DNA of 64,000 bases from Octopus vulgaris (taxonomy: Eukaryota). The position numbers and the translations under genes were made by a program. The notes below the pieces were generated by a model. It was not told the DNA's origin. It saw only the letters and a program-made list of their open reading frames with translations, and searched no databases. Shown here one piece after another: positions 22,916 through 34,693 of the stretch. Each line of letters opens with the position of its first letter. Positions within the stretch are counted from its first letter, which is position 1. The stretch covers positions 169,818,001 to 169,882,000 of the forward strand of contig OX597814.1 of NCBI GenBank assembly GCA_951406725.2, in the 5' to 3' direction.

Positions 22916-24435
22916 CCATGCCTACACTTATAGCCAACTATCTGGAGAAGTTGTTTCAATTGAAAAGAAAAAGATGTGGCACTATTTTGCTATGCCTTTA
23001 AAAATAATGACAGTCAAAAAACAGACAGAAATTGTTGGACATATCTTTGACTGTATATTTTGCACCAGCATATAGGTCAAAGAAATGCCAAAGTCTCAAT
23101 AAAAGACATGGAATAAGACATAGATCCATAGCAAGCAGTGATTTTTGTGTTGCAGTAAAGAAGAATTGTCAAATCAAGAATAATGAAAAGTGATCTGTGG
23201 CAAGGCATCAGTAAAATGGATTTGCAAGTCTCAATAACCTCTGAATACTTCTGGAACTGTGCCAAACAGAAGGCACTGACATAAAGGTCATACAATTAAA
23301 AAGATAGAGGAGAAATCCTACTTGCCGTGGAGTTGAATATGTAGAAGAGCTGTAAAAATTAAGTAAAAGTAAGAAAAACAAAGATGATGAAGAGCAACAG
23401 AAAAAAAAACAGTTTCCAGAGAACCATGAGTCAAAACCATGGAAATAGTAAAGACGATATCTTTAGGTCTAGAATCATTAGTAAAAGAGCAAAAAGCACA
23501 TCTAATGGTACCAACTTGTAGTGGACGGTAGTGAGGAAGAAGTAATAATTACAGATCAACATTTCTGAACAGAAGGAAAAAGAAGAAAAAAAATTGCAGA
23601 AAATGAAAATACGGCATAAAATGAAAAAATTGCAGAAAATGCAAATATGGCATAAAACGATAAAATAAGTGAGGAGGAACAATTTCTTACAAATGATAAC
23701 GAAATCCTTCTCCAGGAATATATCAAAGAAAATGAAGAGAACAAAGATGAAGTAACATTCATTATTTTTTGAAAATCAAATACAGTTAATAGACATATTT
23801 ATCTCCCCGCCCTCTCTCTCTCTCTCTCTGGTACCATGGATTTTCTGAAGAAATTGGAATGATACAACAACAATTAGGTTTAGAATATAAACAGCATGTA
23901 AACAAGAGATTACTAGTAAAATATAAATTTAGATATAATACCAAATTTAAAAGAGAATACACTCAGGATGCTAGTGTTTTCCAATCCCAAATGTCTCAGA
24001 AAATGCTCACTGGTGCATTTGATTGCACTTGAACACGATCTGAAAAATGGTTATGTGAAGAGGATTATTGAGTGACCCAACTCAATCTAGCCAGAAAATT
24101 TTCATATTTTATTTAAATTTTAGATTCTTTTATGATAATTTTTGTATATATTTCCTTGCAAATATGTGTCAGTATTATTTATGGATTTCTGTATGTGTGT
24201 GTGTATGTGTGTGTGTGTGTGTGCGTGAGTGTGTGTGTGTGTATGTGTGTGTGTGTATGTGTGTGTGTGTGTGTGTCTATAGGTGCAGGCATAGCTATCT
24301 TGTAAAGAAGCTTGATTGTCAACCACATGGTTCTAGGTTCAGTCCCACTGTGTAACAAATTAGGCAAGTGTTTTCTACTATAGCCATGGGCTAACCAGAG
24401 CCTTGTGGGGGAATTTGGTAGAAGCCCACTCTTTC

Positions 24436-25050
24436 ATATATATATAAAATTTAAATAATGAGGGAGATAAATTGAATATTAATTTAATTAATATCAATTT
24501 AAAACCAGTAGCCTAGCATATATAAAAAAAAAATTTAAATAATTATGTTCTCTAATTGGCAATATTAACTGCAGTAAATTATCTGCTGCAGAACTGTTTC
24601 CGGAATTTAGCGTGCCAGAACTTAGACATTTGAAAATAACTCCAATGTAATCAGTAGAACTAAGCACATGTCTAGTTTTATATGGACAACTAGTGTTTGG
24701 TTTTGCAAATTATATTGAATTGGAACGATCGTACTGACGAGTCTGCAGACGAAAGATTACGTAAGTAATTTATTCTTGATTTTTATATAATTTTCATGTT
24801 TTTCCCGCATATGTTCTGGTGTTCGCTGAATTTTCTCTGGAGAACATTTTTTCTTTGTAGTTAGATCCTATGTGATCTTCTTCTAGCGTATTGGTTATCC
24901 ACCTAGTGGTTTATCCCTAAATATACACATGTATTGAAATTTTTTCTGATTTTTCAGATTTTTTTTATATATGCTAGGCTACTGGTTTTAAATTGATATT
25001 AATTAAATTAATATTCAATATTCGATTTATCTCCCTCATTATATAAATTT

Positions 25051-25062
<12 letters not shown>
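24436..25062 (+). mobile_element. PLE-like remnant with ~100-bp inverted arms and a hammerhead-like core
   Basis: 24436-24536 is the reverse complement of 24958-25062; CGTA-CTGACGA-GTC-TGCA-GAC-GAAA-GAT-TACG at 24730-24761; inserted in the TA tract of a SINE. Confidence 0.6.
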
Positions 25063-25073
<11 letters not shown>

Positions 25074-25081
<8 letters not shown>

Positions 25082-25457
25082 AAAGGGCTTAGTAAAATAA
25101 ATTACTTTGCCGCATACTGAACTCATTAGAAATAGCAGCTAAAAAACTTTTTAAAAACCATTTCTAATACTTAAAGAAAATCTCTCTCGTATAGTGTTTG
25201 GTCAACTCAACTCACTTTCGTGAGTTGAGTTGACCAAACACTATACGAGAGAGATTTTCTTTAAGTATTAGAAATGGTTTTTAAAAAGTTTTTAGCTGCT
25301 ATTTCTAATGAGTTCAGTATCTTGCAAAGTAATTTATTTTACTAAGCCCTTTTATATATTGTAATAATTTGAATTCGCCTTAAATGGTCCCTTTGCATAC
25401 TGAACACTTGGTGAAATTAATTAATAATTAATTAATTTTACCCTCAATTGTTGAAAT
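25074..25457 (+). mobile_element. near-perfect 142-bp-arm fold-back plus tail, probable PLE remnant
   Basis: 25074-25215 pairs with 25220-25360 around a TTTC loop; ~95-nt unpaired tail, then (TA)n. Confidence 0.65.
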
Positions 25458-25475
25458 ATATATATATATATATAT

Positions 25476-25694
25476 ATTTCTTTACTACCCACAAGGGGCT
25501 AAACACAGAGAGGACAGACAAACGGGTTGAGTCGATTACATCGACCCCAGTGTGTAACTGGTACTTAATTTATTGACCCCGAAAGGATGAAAGGCAAAGT
25601 AGACCTCGGCGGAATTTGAACCCAGAACGTAATGGCAGACGAAATACAGCTACGCATTTCGCCCGGAGCGCTAACGTTTCTGCCAGCTCGCCGT
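25476..25694 (-). mobile_element. SINE family B, young copy
   Basis: Minus head ggcgagctggcagaaacgttagcgctccgggcgaaatg...gggttcaaattccgccgagg; CpGs retained. Confidence 0.85.
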
Positions 25695-25712
25695 TTATGT
25701 ACATATATATAT

Positions 25713-26016
25713 ATAACGGGAAGCTTTATGAAAATAAACAAAAGACGAAGGCAGGTGGAAAACAAACAAACAATTGTATTAGTATGGCGCTCAGGAAATA
25801 TAAATAAAATAAGTCTTTAACGTTTCGAGCCTACGCTCTTCAACAGAAAGATACACAGAGAGAAAAAAAACACAGAAAGAAGGAGAGAAAAAAAAATGCG
25901 TGCAGTAACTAACGAATCAACATGGCGATCTGATTTCGGCCAGAAGTCAAAGATCAAACATGAGACGCGAGAGCGAAATTAGGGGAGATAATAGGGTTGA
26001 ATGACCAGCTCCAACA
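25713..26016 (-). mobile_element. family F pseudo-LTR with A6U hammerhead
   Basis: Minus 25814-25851: UCUUU-CUGUUGA-A-GAGC-GUAG-GCUC-GAAA-CG-UU-AAAGA. Confidence 0.7.
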
Positions 26017-26410
26017 TAAGGGTGTGTGTGTGTGTGTGTGTGTATGAGAGAGTATTAGTGCGTATGAGAGGTCTGGACGTGTGTATGTATAGGGTTGGTG
26101 TATGTATTAGTATGTATTAGTATGTATAAGGGTGTGTGTGTGTGTGTGTGTATGAGAGAGTATTAGTGCGTATGAGAGGTCTGGACGTGTGTATGTATAG
26201 AGTTGGTGTATGTATTAGTATGTATTAGTATGTATTAGTATGTATTAGTACGTATTAGTATGTATAAGGGTGTGTGTGTGTGTGTGTGTGTGTGTATGAG
26301 AGAGTATCAGTGCGTATGAGAGGTCTGGACGTGTGTATGTATAGGGTTGGTGTATGTATTAGTATATATTAGTATGTATTAGTATGTATTGGTTGGTGTA
26401 TGTATTAGTA
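26017..26410. repeat. compound minisatellite, three ~110-140-bp units
   Basis: Unit taaggg(tg)n-atgagagagtattagtgcgtatgagaggtctggacgtg...(gtattagtat)n. Confidence 0.9.
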
Positions 26411-26544
26411 TGGCACATCATATATGATGTGATGTGTAAAGTCGTGTGGTGTAGTGTGGAGAGAGGAGAAGGGGGGAGGGGAGGGGGGAGAAGAGGGGGA
26501 GGAGGGGAGGGGGAATATATATATATATATATATGTATATAAAC

Positions 26545-27012
26545 GGTTAGCTGAGTTAGAGATTAAAATAACCATCTAAGGGATAGAAGTATCCATTACA
26601 CTACCAGTACATTACCTATGCTTAACCATGAGTATACATATGCAAGCATATTATGCTCATAAATTATAGGTAAAGACAAGGATAAATATAGGTTTATCAA
26701 GAATTAATATTTAAAGAAAACAGAAAATGGAGAAGTATTGAAGAACAGCGATTGGCTTACATCAATTATTATTTATTAATTCAATACAAATAGACTGCAT
26801 CCTATCTAATAGCTGTTTCTGCTTCCAATGTTGTATGATATTGCCATTGATATTCTATAAATATTTATCATATTTGATAATAAAACTGATCTGAAACATG
26901 AGGCTTCATCAGAGGGAAGAATAAATAAAGAAGAAGAGCATAGAGAAGAAAAAGGGATAAGTTGAAAAGTTTCCCTTTTTATTCTCTATGCTCGTCTTCT
27001 TTATTTATTCTT
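26545..27012 (-). mobile_element. PLE-like remnant with terminal hairpin and degenerate hammerhead
   Basis: Hairpin 26917-27011 (gaataaataaagaagaagagcatagagaa / ttctctatgctcgtcttctttatttattc); minus CTGATGA...GAAACAGCT split by a long stem II region. Confidence 0.45.
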
Positions 27013-27576
27013 ATATATATAGGTTAAATAAAATGAGACAATAGAACCAAGGCAATGTGAAATTTCTAAGACATTGTATAATGAGAATGGTAGTCTTACA
27101 GCTGTTTCAGGGATATAAAAGATACCCCACCATCAGATACGATATCAGAGAGTTAAATAGAAGGAAATTGTAGAGTTATTTATACCTACACACTATCCAT
27201 TTGTAATAACAAAATATGAACTCCTATCAGAACTTATATACTTTGGACAAGAAGCCTTTTTACCCAGTCTTTACTACACATTCCTTGCATAATAGAACAG
27301 CAAGTTTATCATCCAACATATATCTTTATTTTTATTCTCATATTTCCCTTTATACCTCCTATATTGAACTCTACTATTTCCTTCTATTTAACTCTCTCAT
27401 ATCATCCCTGAAACAGCTTTTGTTGTCTCATTTTATTTAATCTATACATGCTCACACATGACCCACATTAGACTCCTCACTCTTACTATTATCGAACCAG
27501 GAGTCTAACAGCAGTCCTTCCATAGCACTTACATAGCTTTACCTGCCTTTTGGATCTTCTGGATACCAAAACCTCT

Positions 27577-27577
<1 letters not shown>
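27013..27577 (+). mobile_element. PLE-like remnant with inverted arm
   Basis: 27015-27178 is partly the reverse complement of 27368-27445; minus strand 27093-27140 has CTGATGG-(stem II)-GAAACAGCTGTAAGAC. Confidence 0.5.
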
Positions 27578-27609
<32 letters not shown>

Positions 27610-27612
27610 CAA

Positions 27613-27709
<97 letters not shown>

Positions 27710-28072
27710 ATATATTATTTAGTAGATACAATATATGTTTTTATGTGCTACTATTAGTTTCATGTGCTGAGAGCATGCCAGTCAGTATTTTTTAACACAT
27801 CTAGTGTCCTAGTACAATCTTCGGTGACTGAAGATTGTAAGCACATAAAAACATATATTGTGTTTATTAAATAATATTTATCTCTCACCAGATGGTGCGC
27901 TTTTTTGTGGATCCTACCATCATGGAACAGTATGCTATATGTGTGCCTGTGTGTGTGTGTATTTATATATGTGTATATGTATTTATATGTATGCATATTT
28001 GTATACTTATGTATTTATAAGTGTGTGTGCATGTACCTATAAAATTCTTAATATGTCCTTCTATATATTCTA

Positions 28073-28468
28073 CTAGCAGTATCGCCTGGCGTTGCTCGGG
28101 TTTGTAAGGGAAATAACTATATAAGCATTTTTAGAGATATAAAGTATAATAGCCATCTCAATATGGCTAACCACAAAGGGGGGTGTTACTGTAGCAATTT
28201 TACGTTCTGAGATTTAATAATACATTTTTAGAGAGTTACTTCCCTTATATAATAGCAAAAAAATGCATTAAAAATTGGAAAAAATTATGGTAAATTTTTT
28301 TTTAAATCGTAGACTCATCGTAGACATGCGCTAATACCCAGAAGGGCTCGATATGAATCACGACTATAAGATACCCGGTTTTAGTTAAACTGCCCCGCAA
28401 AATGTAGGAGTAGTTAGGAATCTAAATCGTAGGAGACAGACACACAACTTCACTTTTATATATAAAGG
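28073..28468 (-). mobile_element. non-autonomous Helitron
   Basis: Minus 3' end has a CCCGAGCAACGCCAGG hairpin then CTAG|T; homologous to 39096-39481. Confidence 0.75.
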
Positions 28469-28594
28469 TTATGTCTCTTAGCTCTCCCTTCATATTTGTA
28501 AATGCATTTTTTTGTTGTTGCGCTCCACATTATCCTGTCTTTCTTTGCAACCCCTTGTGTGTTCTTCAAGCCCTTGTGGCTAATAAAGAAAAGC

Positions 28595-28634
<40 letters not shown>

Positions 28635-28826
28635 CATCATTATTGTTGTTGTTGTTGTCGTTTTTATATTTTTAATTATATTCTTAATGCCCTAGTGGAT
28701 TATGCATATAAATCTTCTGTGTCATCAAAGCAAACTATACTGAAAGTTTTGTTTTTTCAAAGGCTGAAAATTGCATGTTTACATGTTTCTCTATATGTGC
28801 ATGATTGTGTGTTATCTACCCCCTGT

Positions 28827-28873
<47 letters not shown>

Positions 28874-29566
28874 GATGCGTGTGTATGGATATATTTATGT
28901 GTGTGTGTTTCGGGCATGTCTATTATATGTTTATATATATATATGTGTGTGCTTGTATATTGGTGTGCAAAGTGGTTATTGATCTACTTGCCAACACTGT
29001 AGTACAAACACCAGCTCAGACTTAGGGCAACAGTTATCTATCACTTTCTAACATAAATCAGCTGAGCTAGCACCAGTGACCATCAAACAGAATTAGTTGC
29101 CTGGAGAAACACAACACACATATATACATACATACATACAACACTTACATGAAATGCATGGTAACCATTTGAAATATAGGAGAATATACGTAGCATCAGA
29201 GTAAAAAGAAACCAGTCAAAAGGGAACTGCAATTAATCAGAAAATAAAGCAGCTTGGTCAAGTTTTACACCACAAAAAAAAGTACCAGGAATTTTCTCCC
29301 CTTGCATTAACCTCTTCAACTATTAGGGAACATATATGCATTAGTCATTCTACTGTCATAAGCAGCACATTTTTAACAATTTGTTATTGTTGTTGATGTT
29401 GCTATTCCCCCACTACCTCCATATATGTTTACCTTTACTTTTTTACATTTTCTTTCTTCTATAGTGAACATATTTCTCATATATTTACGTTGCTTAATAC
29501 AGTAAACTCTCACCAAGTATTGCTAAATTTTCTGGATATCTGATCATCCTTTTTTAGATTTCCACA

Positions 29567-29955
29567 TCATCATCATCATCATCATCATTTAACGCCTGCT
29601 TTCCACGCTGGCATGGGTTGGACGGTTTGACTGAGGACTGGCAAGCCAGTAGGCTGCACAAGTCTCCAATCTGATCTGGCAGTGTTTCTACAGCTGGATG
29701 CCCTTCCTAATGCCAATCACTTTACAGAGTGTAGTGGGTGCTTTTTACATGTCACTGGCACAGAAGCCTGTCAGGTGGCACTGACATCAACAACATTCAG
29801 ATGATGCTTTTTACATGCCATCGGCATGGGAGCCAGTCAGAGCACGCTGGCATCAACTACATTCGGATGGTGCTTTTTATGTGCCACCTCTACAGGAGCC
29901 AGTCAAGGGGCACTGGCATTGACTAAGTTCAGATGGTGCTTTTTATGTGCCGCAG
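29567..29955 (-). mobile_element. SINE-like family C
   Basis: (CAT)n, then catgggttggacgg...ctggatgcccttcctaatgcc and internal subrepeats. Confidence 0.75.
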
Positions 29956-30024
29956 TATGTTACAAAACTCATTAAAAAATCTTGATATATGCATCAATAT
30001 TATCGTTAATAGTCTGATTATCTT

Positions 30025-30300
30025 TCATCTTTTATTTCTTACTTGTTTCTCTCATTAGACTGTGGCCATGCTGGGGCACTGCTTTGAAGAATTTTAGTTT
30101 AACAAATCAAGCCTAGCACTTATCATTTTTTTAAAGCCTGGTTCCTTTTGCCGAACTGCTAAGTTAGGGGGATGTAAACAAACCAACACTGGTCGCCAAG
30201 TAGTGGAGAGTGAGGGAGACACTTATCTAACGTGCTGCACAGTGGGATCGAACCCAGAACCACATGGTTGGAAAGCAAGCTTCTTACCACACAGCCATGA
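30025..30300 (-). mobile_element. SINE family A, internally deleted
   Basis: 3' module joined directly to the head/CORE. Confidence 0.7.
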
Positions 30301-31036
30301 AATGAAATAAATAGGAAGAAATGTAAAATGTTATTTAAGTAAAGCCCAGGGCTTGAAATCGTATTATTAGGAAGCAAACTTCTCAAAGCACACAGTCATG
30401 CCTGCACCTCAGTTTATTTAATTATCAGGAACAGGTACACCAGCTATTTGGGAATGTTATTTGAAATGAACTGGTATTATCTCCCAAGTGAGATTCATTA
30501 ATCATCTGTTTAAGACTATTTATTTAAGATCAAAGACTTTTGAGTGGAGACATAATTGCTGATTAGTCGTAGAACTTATCACAATTTTGGGAGTGGATTC
30601 CAATAATCTTCCTACTTTCTGTTCAAATCCTTTACCGTTTCTTCAGTATGCTTCCTTTGGTATAAGTAATATAATAGTATCCATACTCTTGCTTCTCTCT
30701 CTCCCTCTCTCTCCCCTTCTCCCCTCTCTCCCCCTCCCCCCACTCTCTCTCTCACACACACACACACACTAAAATCTAAATTTCTTTTAACTCTATTTTC
30801 TGTCAAACACGACAAATATTTATTACTTTCAGAATTTTTAGAACTAGAGAAATTGTGCTGTGTTATTTGGTTTGGCCCTATATGTTCTGCATTCAAAGTC
30901 TGTCAGTATAGGCTTTGCCTCTCATCTTTCTACAGTCATAGAGTGCCAATATTTTTCCTTCCTGGATTGTGGTTTCTTGCCTTATGTGGGTGGATTGTCC
31001 TTATTTATTTCTGTACTAAATTTTTAACTCATTTTA

Positions 31037-31628
31037 ATGAAACCGATAAACTGTTCACAGTCTGTCTACTCTATGTGAAAGGCTTCTCTGAAAAGATACA
31101 AAAGATATGTGGTTCATATGACATCAGGAGAGTATTCAAAAGTAATGCGCAAATATTTCCTTAGAGTAAAACCACCAGTAGAAGAGAATATGACCAAGAA
31201 CTGCATGTACTCAATCCCATGCAGCTGTGGTAGGTTATACAAAGGCGAAGCATGCCGCCCCCTCAAAATAAGGGTAGAGGAACATTACAGAGCTGTGACA
31301 CAGGGAGATATTGATAAATCGGGTATAGATTTATGTATGGATCATGTATGGAAAAATAGAGACCACCTACCCCTGTGGGATGAAGTTAAAATAATAGACA
31401 GAGAACACTAGTGGGAAACATGAAAACTAAAAGAAGCAGCACATATGCTAGGATACAACAACCTCCTAAGCAGACTGAGTGCAGATATGAACAGCATATA
31501 GGAACTGGTATTAATGAAAGATAGGAGAATATTAGATTTATAAGCTCTAAAATTCACTCCATAATTGCCCACAAGCATATGGCGTAGTAGTGACTAGGCA
31601 GGGACTTGAATAATAATAATAATAGTAA

Positions 31629-31682
<54 letters not shown>

Positions 31683-31850
31683 CAGCATCGAAAAATACCT
31701 TAGGAATGAGAACCCAGGTTCGAAATTTCCCAAAGACACCTGATGAAGGCTAGAGGGTATATAACAACAAAGAAGATGAGGACAAATATTCGTCAAATGT
31801 AAATAATGCAAATAATGTACGTAATTCCTCATCTCTTAAATATAGAACTG
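31037..31850 (+). mobile_element. Penelope-type PLE 3' fragment: GIY-YIG endonuclease plus pseudo-LTR
   Basis: LYVKGFSEKIQKIC..DIRRVFKS..NCMYSIPCSCGRLYKGEACRPLKIRVEEH..KSGI..HVWKNRDH..WDEVKIIDRE..KLKEAAH; the pseudo-LTR holds a CTGATGA half-hammerhead with the GAAA part deleted. Confidence 0.85.
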
Positions 31851-31999
31851 TATCATTTTAATATATTGCATTGTGTTTTGAATTTTACCACAAACAATAT
31901 ATTTTACATACAGACACACAGACACACAGATACAGACACACATGCACACACACATGAATATATATTCATATATTCATACATAATTGTTATTGCTCCATC

Positions 32000-32200
32000 T
32001 TCACAGATGATTGCTTCGTCTTTGTCAATAGCATTCCTGACTTCATATTTATGACTTCTCAGATGACTATTCATTCTTGTTGCAGATTTTCCTGTTTTGG
32101 AGCATAGATGACAGACAAAAGTTGTAACTTACTGTGCACTTCCACTGGTTAAGTCTGCACATGTCACCACTTTTCCATCACCATAGGATTTTCATTAAAT
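32000..32200 (-). mobile_element. RTE-type LINE 3' end with C-terminal zinc-finger remnant
   Basis: Minus: FVCHLCSKTGKSATRMNSHLRSH. Confidence 0.45.
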
Positions 32201-32730
32201 GGAATGATGAATAAAGTCACCATAAAAGAGATATCTGTATATCATTGGATTATAGTGTTAGACACTTGTTCAAAGGAACCACTGTTTTAATCTCTGTGAT
32301 TAGTTCCTAGTGATAGGCTGAAGTGAGATGACCAGTCATCACATGAAACAGCAGGTTTTACATCAGTAGGCCTTTCCTGGGAGGGTGCTGTGACAACAGC
32401 TAGAGGTCCCTCACACCCAGTAATTTTACTGCATGCTCTGACACAAATCAAAGATATCTCTGTATCCTCATAGTCAGATGGACTGTCATCACATGTGCTA
32501 GTAAATCCATAACTGGGACCTTGATGGGTGCTACTATTTGTGGCCAGAACAATAATGGCTACGGGATGATTCCACACTCCTTAAAAACTGGAACTCCTGA
32601 AACACAGCCCTATCACACGATGCAGTTTAAAGTTATACCCAGGACATACATGGATACATACATACATACATACATACATACATACATACATACATACATA
32701 CATACATACATGCATAGGTACATACATACA

Positions 32731-32760
<30 letters not shown>

Positions 32761-32766
<6 letters not shown>

Positions 32767-32965
32767 TATTATTCAAAGGAATTCCATCTCTGTCTGTTTT
32801 TTATGTTTTATTTATATTCTTTATAATATTAATGTAGAATGTAGAATATTCTATATGCTACATTAATATTATGAAGAATATATATAAAACATAAAAAACA
32901 GACAGAGTTGGAATTCTTTTGAATAATATATATCCCTCTATACACAATCATACAAACCCCTTTAT
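32761..32965 (+). mobile_element. fold-back insertion (~85-bp arms) plus short tail
   Basis: tattattcaaaggaattccatctctgtctg... pairs with ...cagacagagttggaattcttttgaataata; centre near 32847. Confidence 0.55.
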
Positions 32966-32974
32966 ATATTTATA

Positions 32975-33114
32975 TTTTTTCTGTGTATCTTTCTGTCGAA
33001 GAGCGTAGGCTCGAAACGTAAAAGACTTTTTCTGTTCCTGAGCGCTATACTAATACATTTGTTTGTTTGTACACCACCTGCCTTCGTCTTTTGTTTATTT
33101 TCATAAACTTTCCC

Positions 33115-33118
<4 letters not shown>
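32975..33118 (+). mobile_element. family F pseudo-LTR with A6U hammerhead
   Basis: 32988-33025: UCUUU-CUGUCGA-A-GAGC-GUAG-GCUC-GAAA-CG-UA-AAAGA; followed by (TA)n. Confidence 0.7.
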
Positions 33119-33152
<34 letters not shown>

Positions 33153-33733
33153 CGTTTTGTAACCCTCTCTCATATAATGTTTTGTATTGTATGTATATGC
33201 AAAAGGATTATTTTTTTCCTACAGTATTCTTGCTTTTATTCCATGCTCTCACTGTGTTATCAACACTATCAAACACAACTCTGTGCACTTTGGATATGTA
33301 CAGTGTTTACATTATCTGTTGAATTAAAAGTATTCAACATATTACATATCTGGTGTATAATACTGGAATATGAGTTAGATATTTGTTTATATGGTTTTTA
33401 ATAATTCCCAGTGCACTTACTTATTATAGGGATTGTTTTTAGCCCTCACACTCTTGTTATCTCAATTTCTAAATCGTTATGTTTGAAAGATTTCTCCACT
33501 TATTTTACAGATACATCATTGCCTGTTGGCACTGGTGTTTTGATTAGGAAGCACTTTTTTCTTTTCTGGTGGTTGTTGATATCAACATCCAGTCAATTAT
33601 TCTTGATTTTTCATGACACCATTAGATTGATATATCCCAGAACATTACTACTTTATCATTTTCTGAGATGTGTTCTGATATAAGTTCACCACCAATTTAT
33701 TTTTCCTTGATATTCCATAATGCTAACCAAACT

Positions 33734-33952
33734 TACGAGGGGGTGCTGAAAAGTTCCTGCTTTTGAGTAAAACAAAATACAGAAGAATCAGTTAATTATG
33801 ATTTTATTCAGCATATTCTCCTCTTAGATTCACACACTTAGAGCAGTGGTGCTTCAGTTTTTCTAAGCCCAGTAAAAGAACTTGGAAAGTTGGGCCTCCA
33901 TCCAGACCTTTCATAATACCTTTAAAGCCAGGAACTTTTCAGCATCTTCATA
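33734..33952. mobile_element. mariner-derived MITE
   Basis: TA-CGAGGGGGTGCTGAAAAGTTCCTG ... CAGGAACTTTTCAGCATCTTCA-TA; second copy at 45645-45862. Confidence 0.8.
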
Positions 33953-34012
33953 TATAGTGTTTGAAATCCTGCAACTCCATCATGTATGTCAATGTATTAT
34001 TTCTTGGAAAGA

Positions 34013-34242
34013 GGCGGCAAGCTGGCAGAACCATTAGCATGCCAGGCAAAATGCTTAGCGGTATTTCGTCTGCCGCTACATTCTGAGTTCAAATTCTGCC
34101 GAGGTCGACTTTGTCTTTCATCCTTTCGGGGTTGATTAAATAAGTACCAGTTACGCACTGGGGTCGATATAATCGACTTAATCTGTTTGTCTGTCCTTTT
34201 TTGTCCTCTCAGTGTTTAGACCCTTGTGGGTAGTAAAAAAAT
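34013..34242 (+). mobile_element. SINE family B, full length with 21-bp TSD
   Basis: ATGTATTATTTCTTGGAAAGA at 33992-34012 and 34243-34263. Confidence 0.9.
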
Positions 34243-34335
34243 ATGTATTATTTCTTGGAAAGACTGAGGGATCAGAGGCAAAGTGTTTAACCATTCCTTT
34301 TCTAACTCTATATATTCTACAGGTAATTAATGTAG

Positions 34336-34520
34336 TCTTACTTACTATGTACCTAAGCATTTTACTCTCTGTGGAGCATAGGCTATCAACAACTGTTCTC
34401 CACTGTTCTTGACTCTTGGCTGACATTTCTACTTCCTTTCAGCTAGATCCCTGCTTTTTCAACTCTGCCCCAATATCCTGCCCATATGTTTTCCTGAGGG
34501 AAGGCCTTCCACTCCTAGGA
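34336..34520 (-). mobile_element. RTE LINE 3' end
   Basis: Minus: RSGRPSLRKTYGQDIGAELKKQG..AKSQEQWRTVVDSLCS and a TAAG-type tail. Confidence 0.65.
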
Positions 34521-34693
34521 CTTGATTGAATTTTCATTGATGCCTTTGTAATTTTGCTTTTTTCCAGGAAGTGGTGTCAATCCCTATGCAAACCCATTTT
34601 TTACTCCTGGGAAGAAGTGGTCCATGTTAGTCTGGCCTCTGTCTTTTTAACTGTCCAGCATGGGATGGTGGAGTGGGGTCTTACTTGGTGTTT

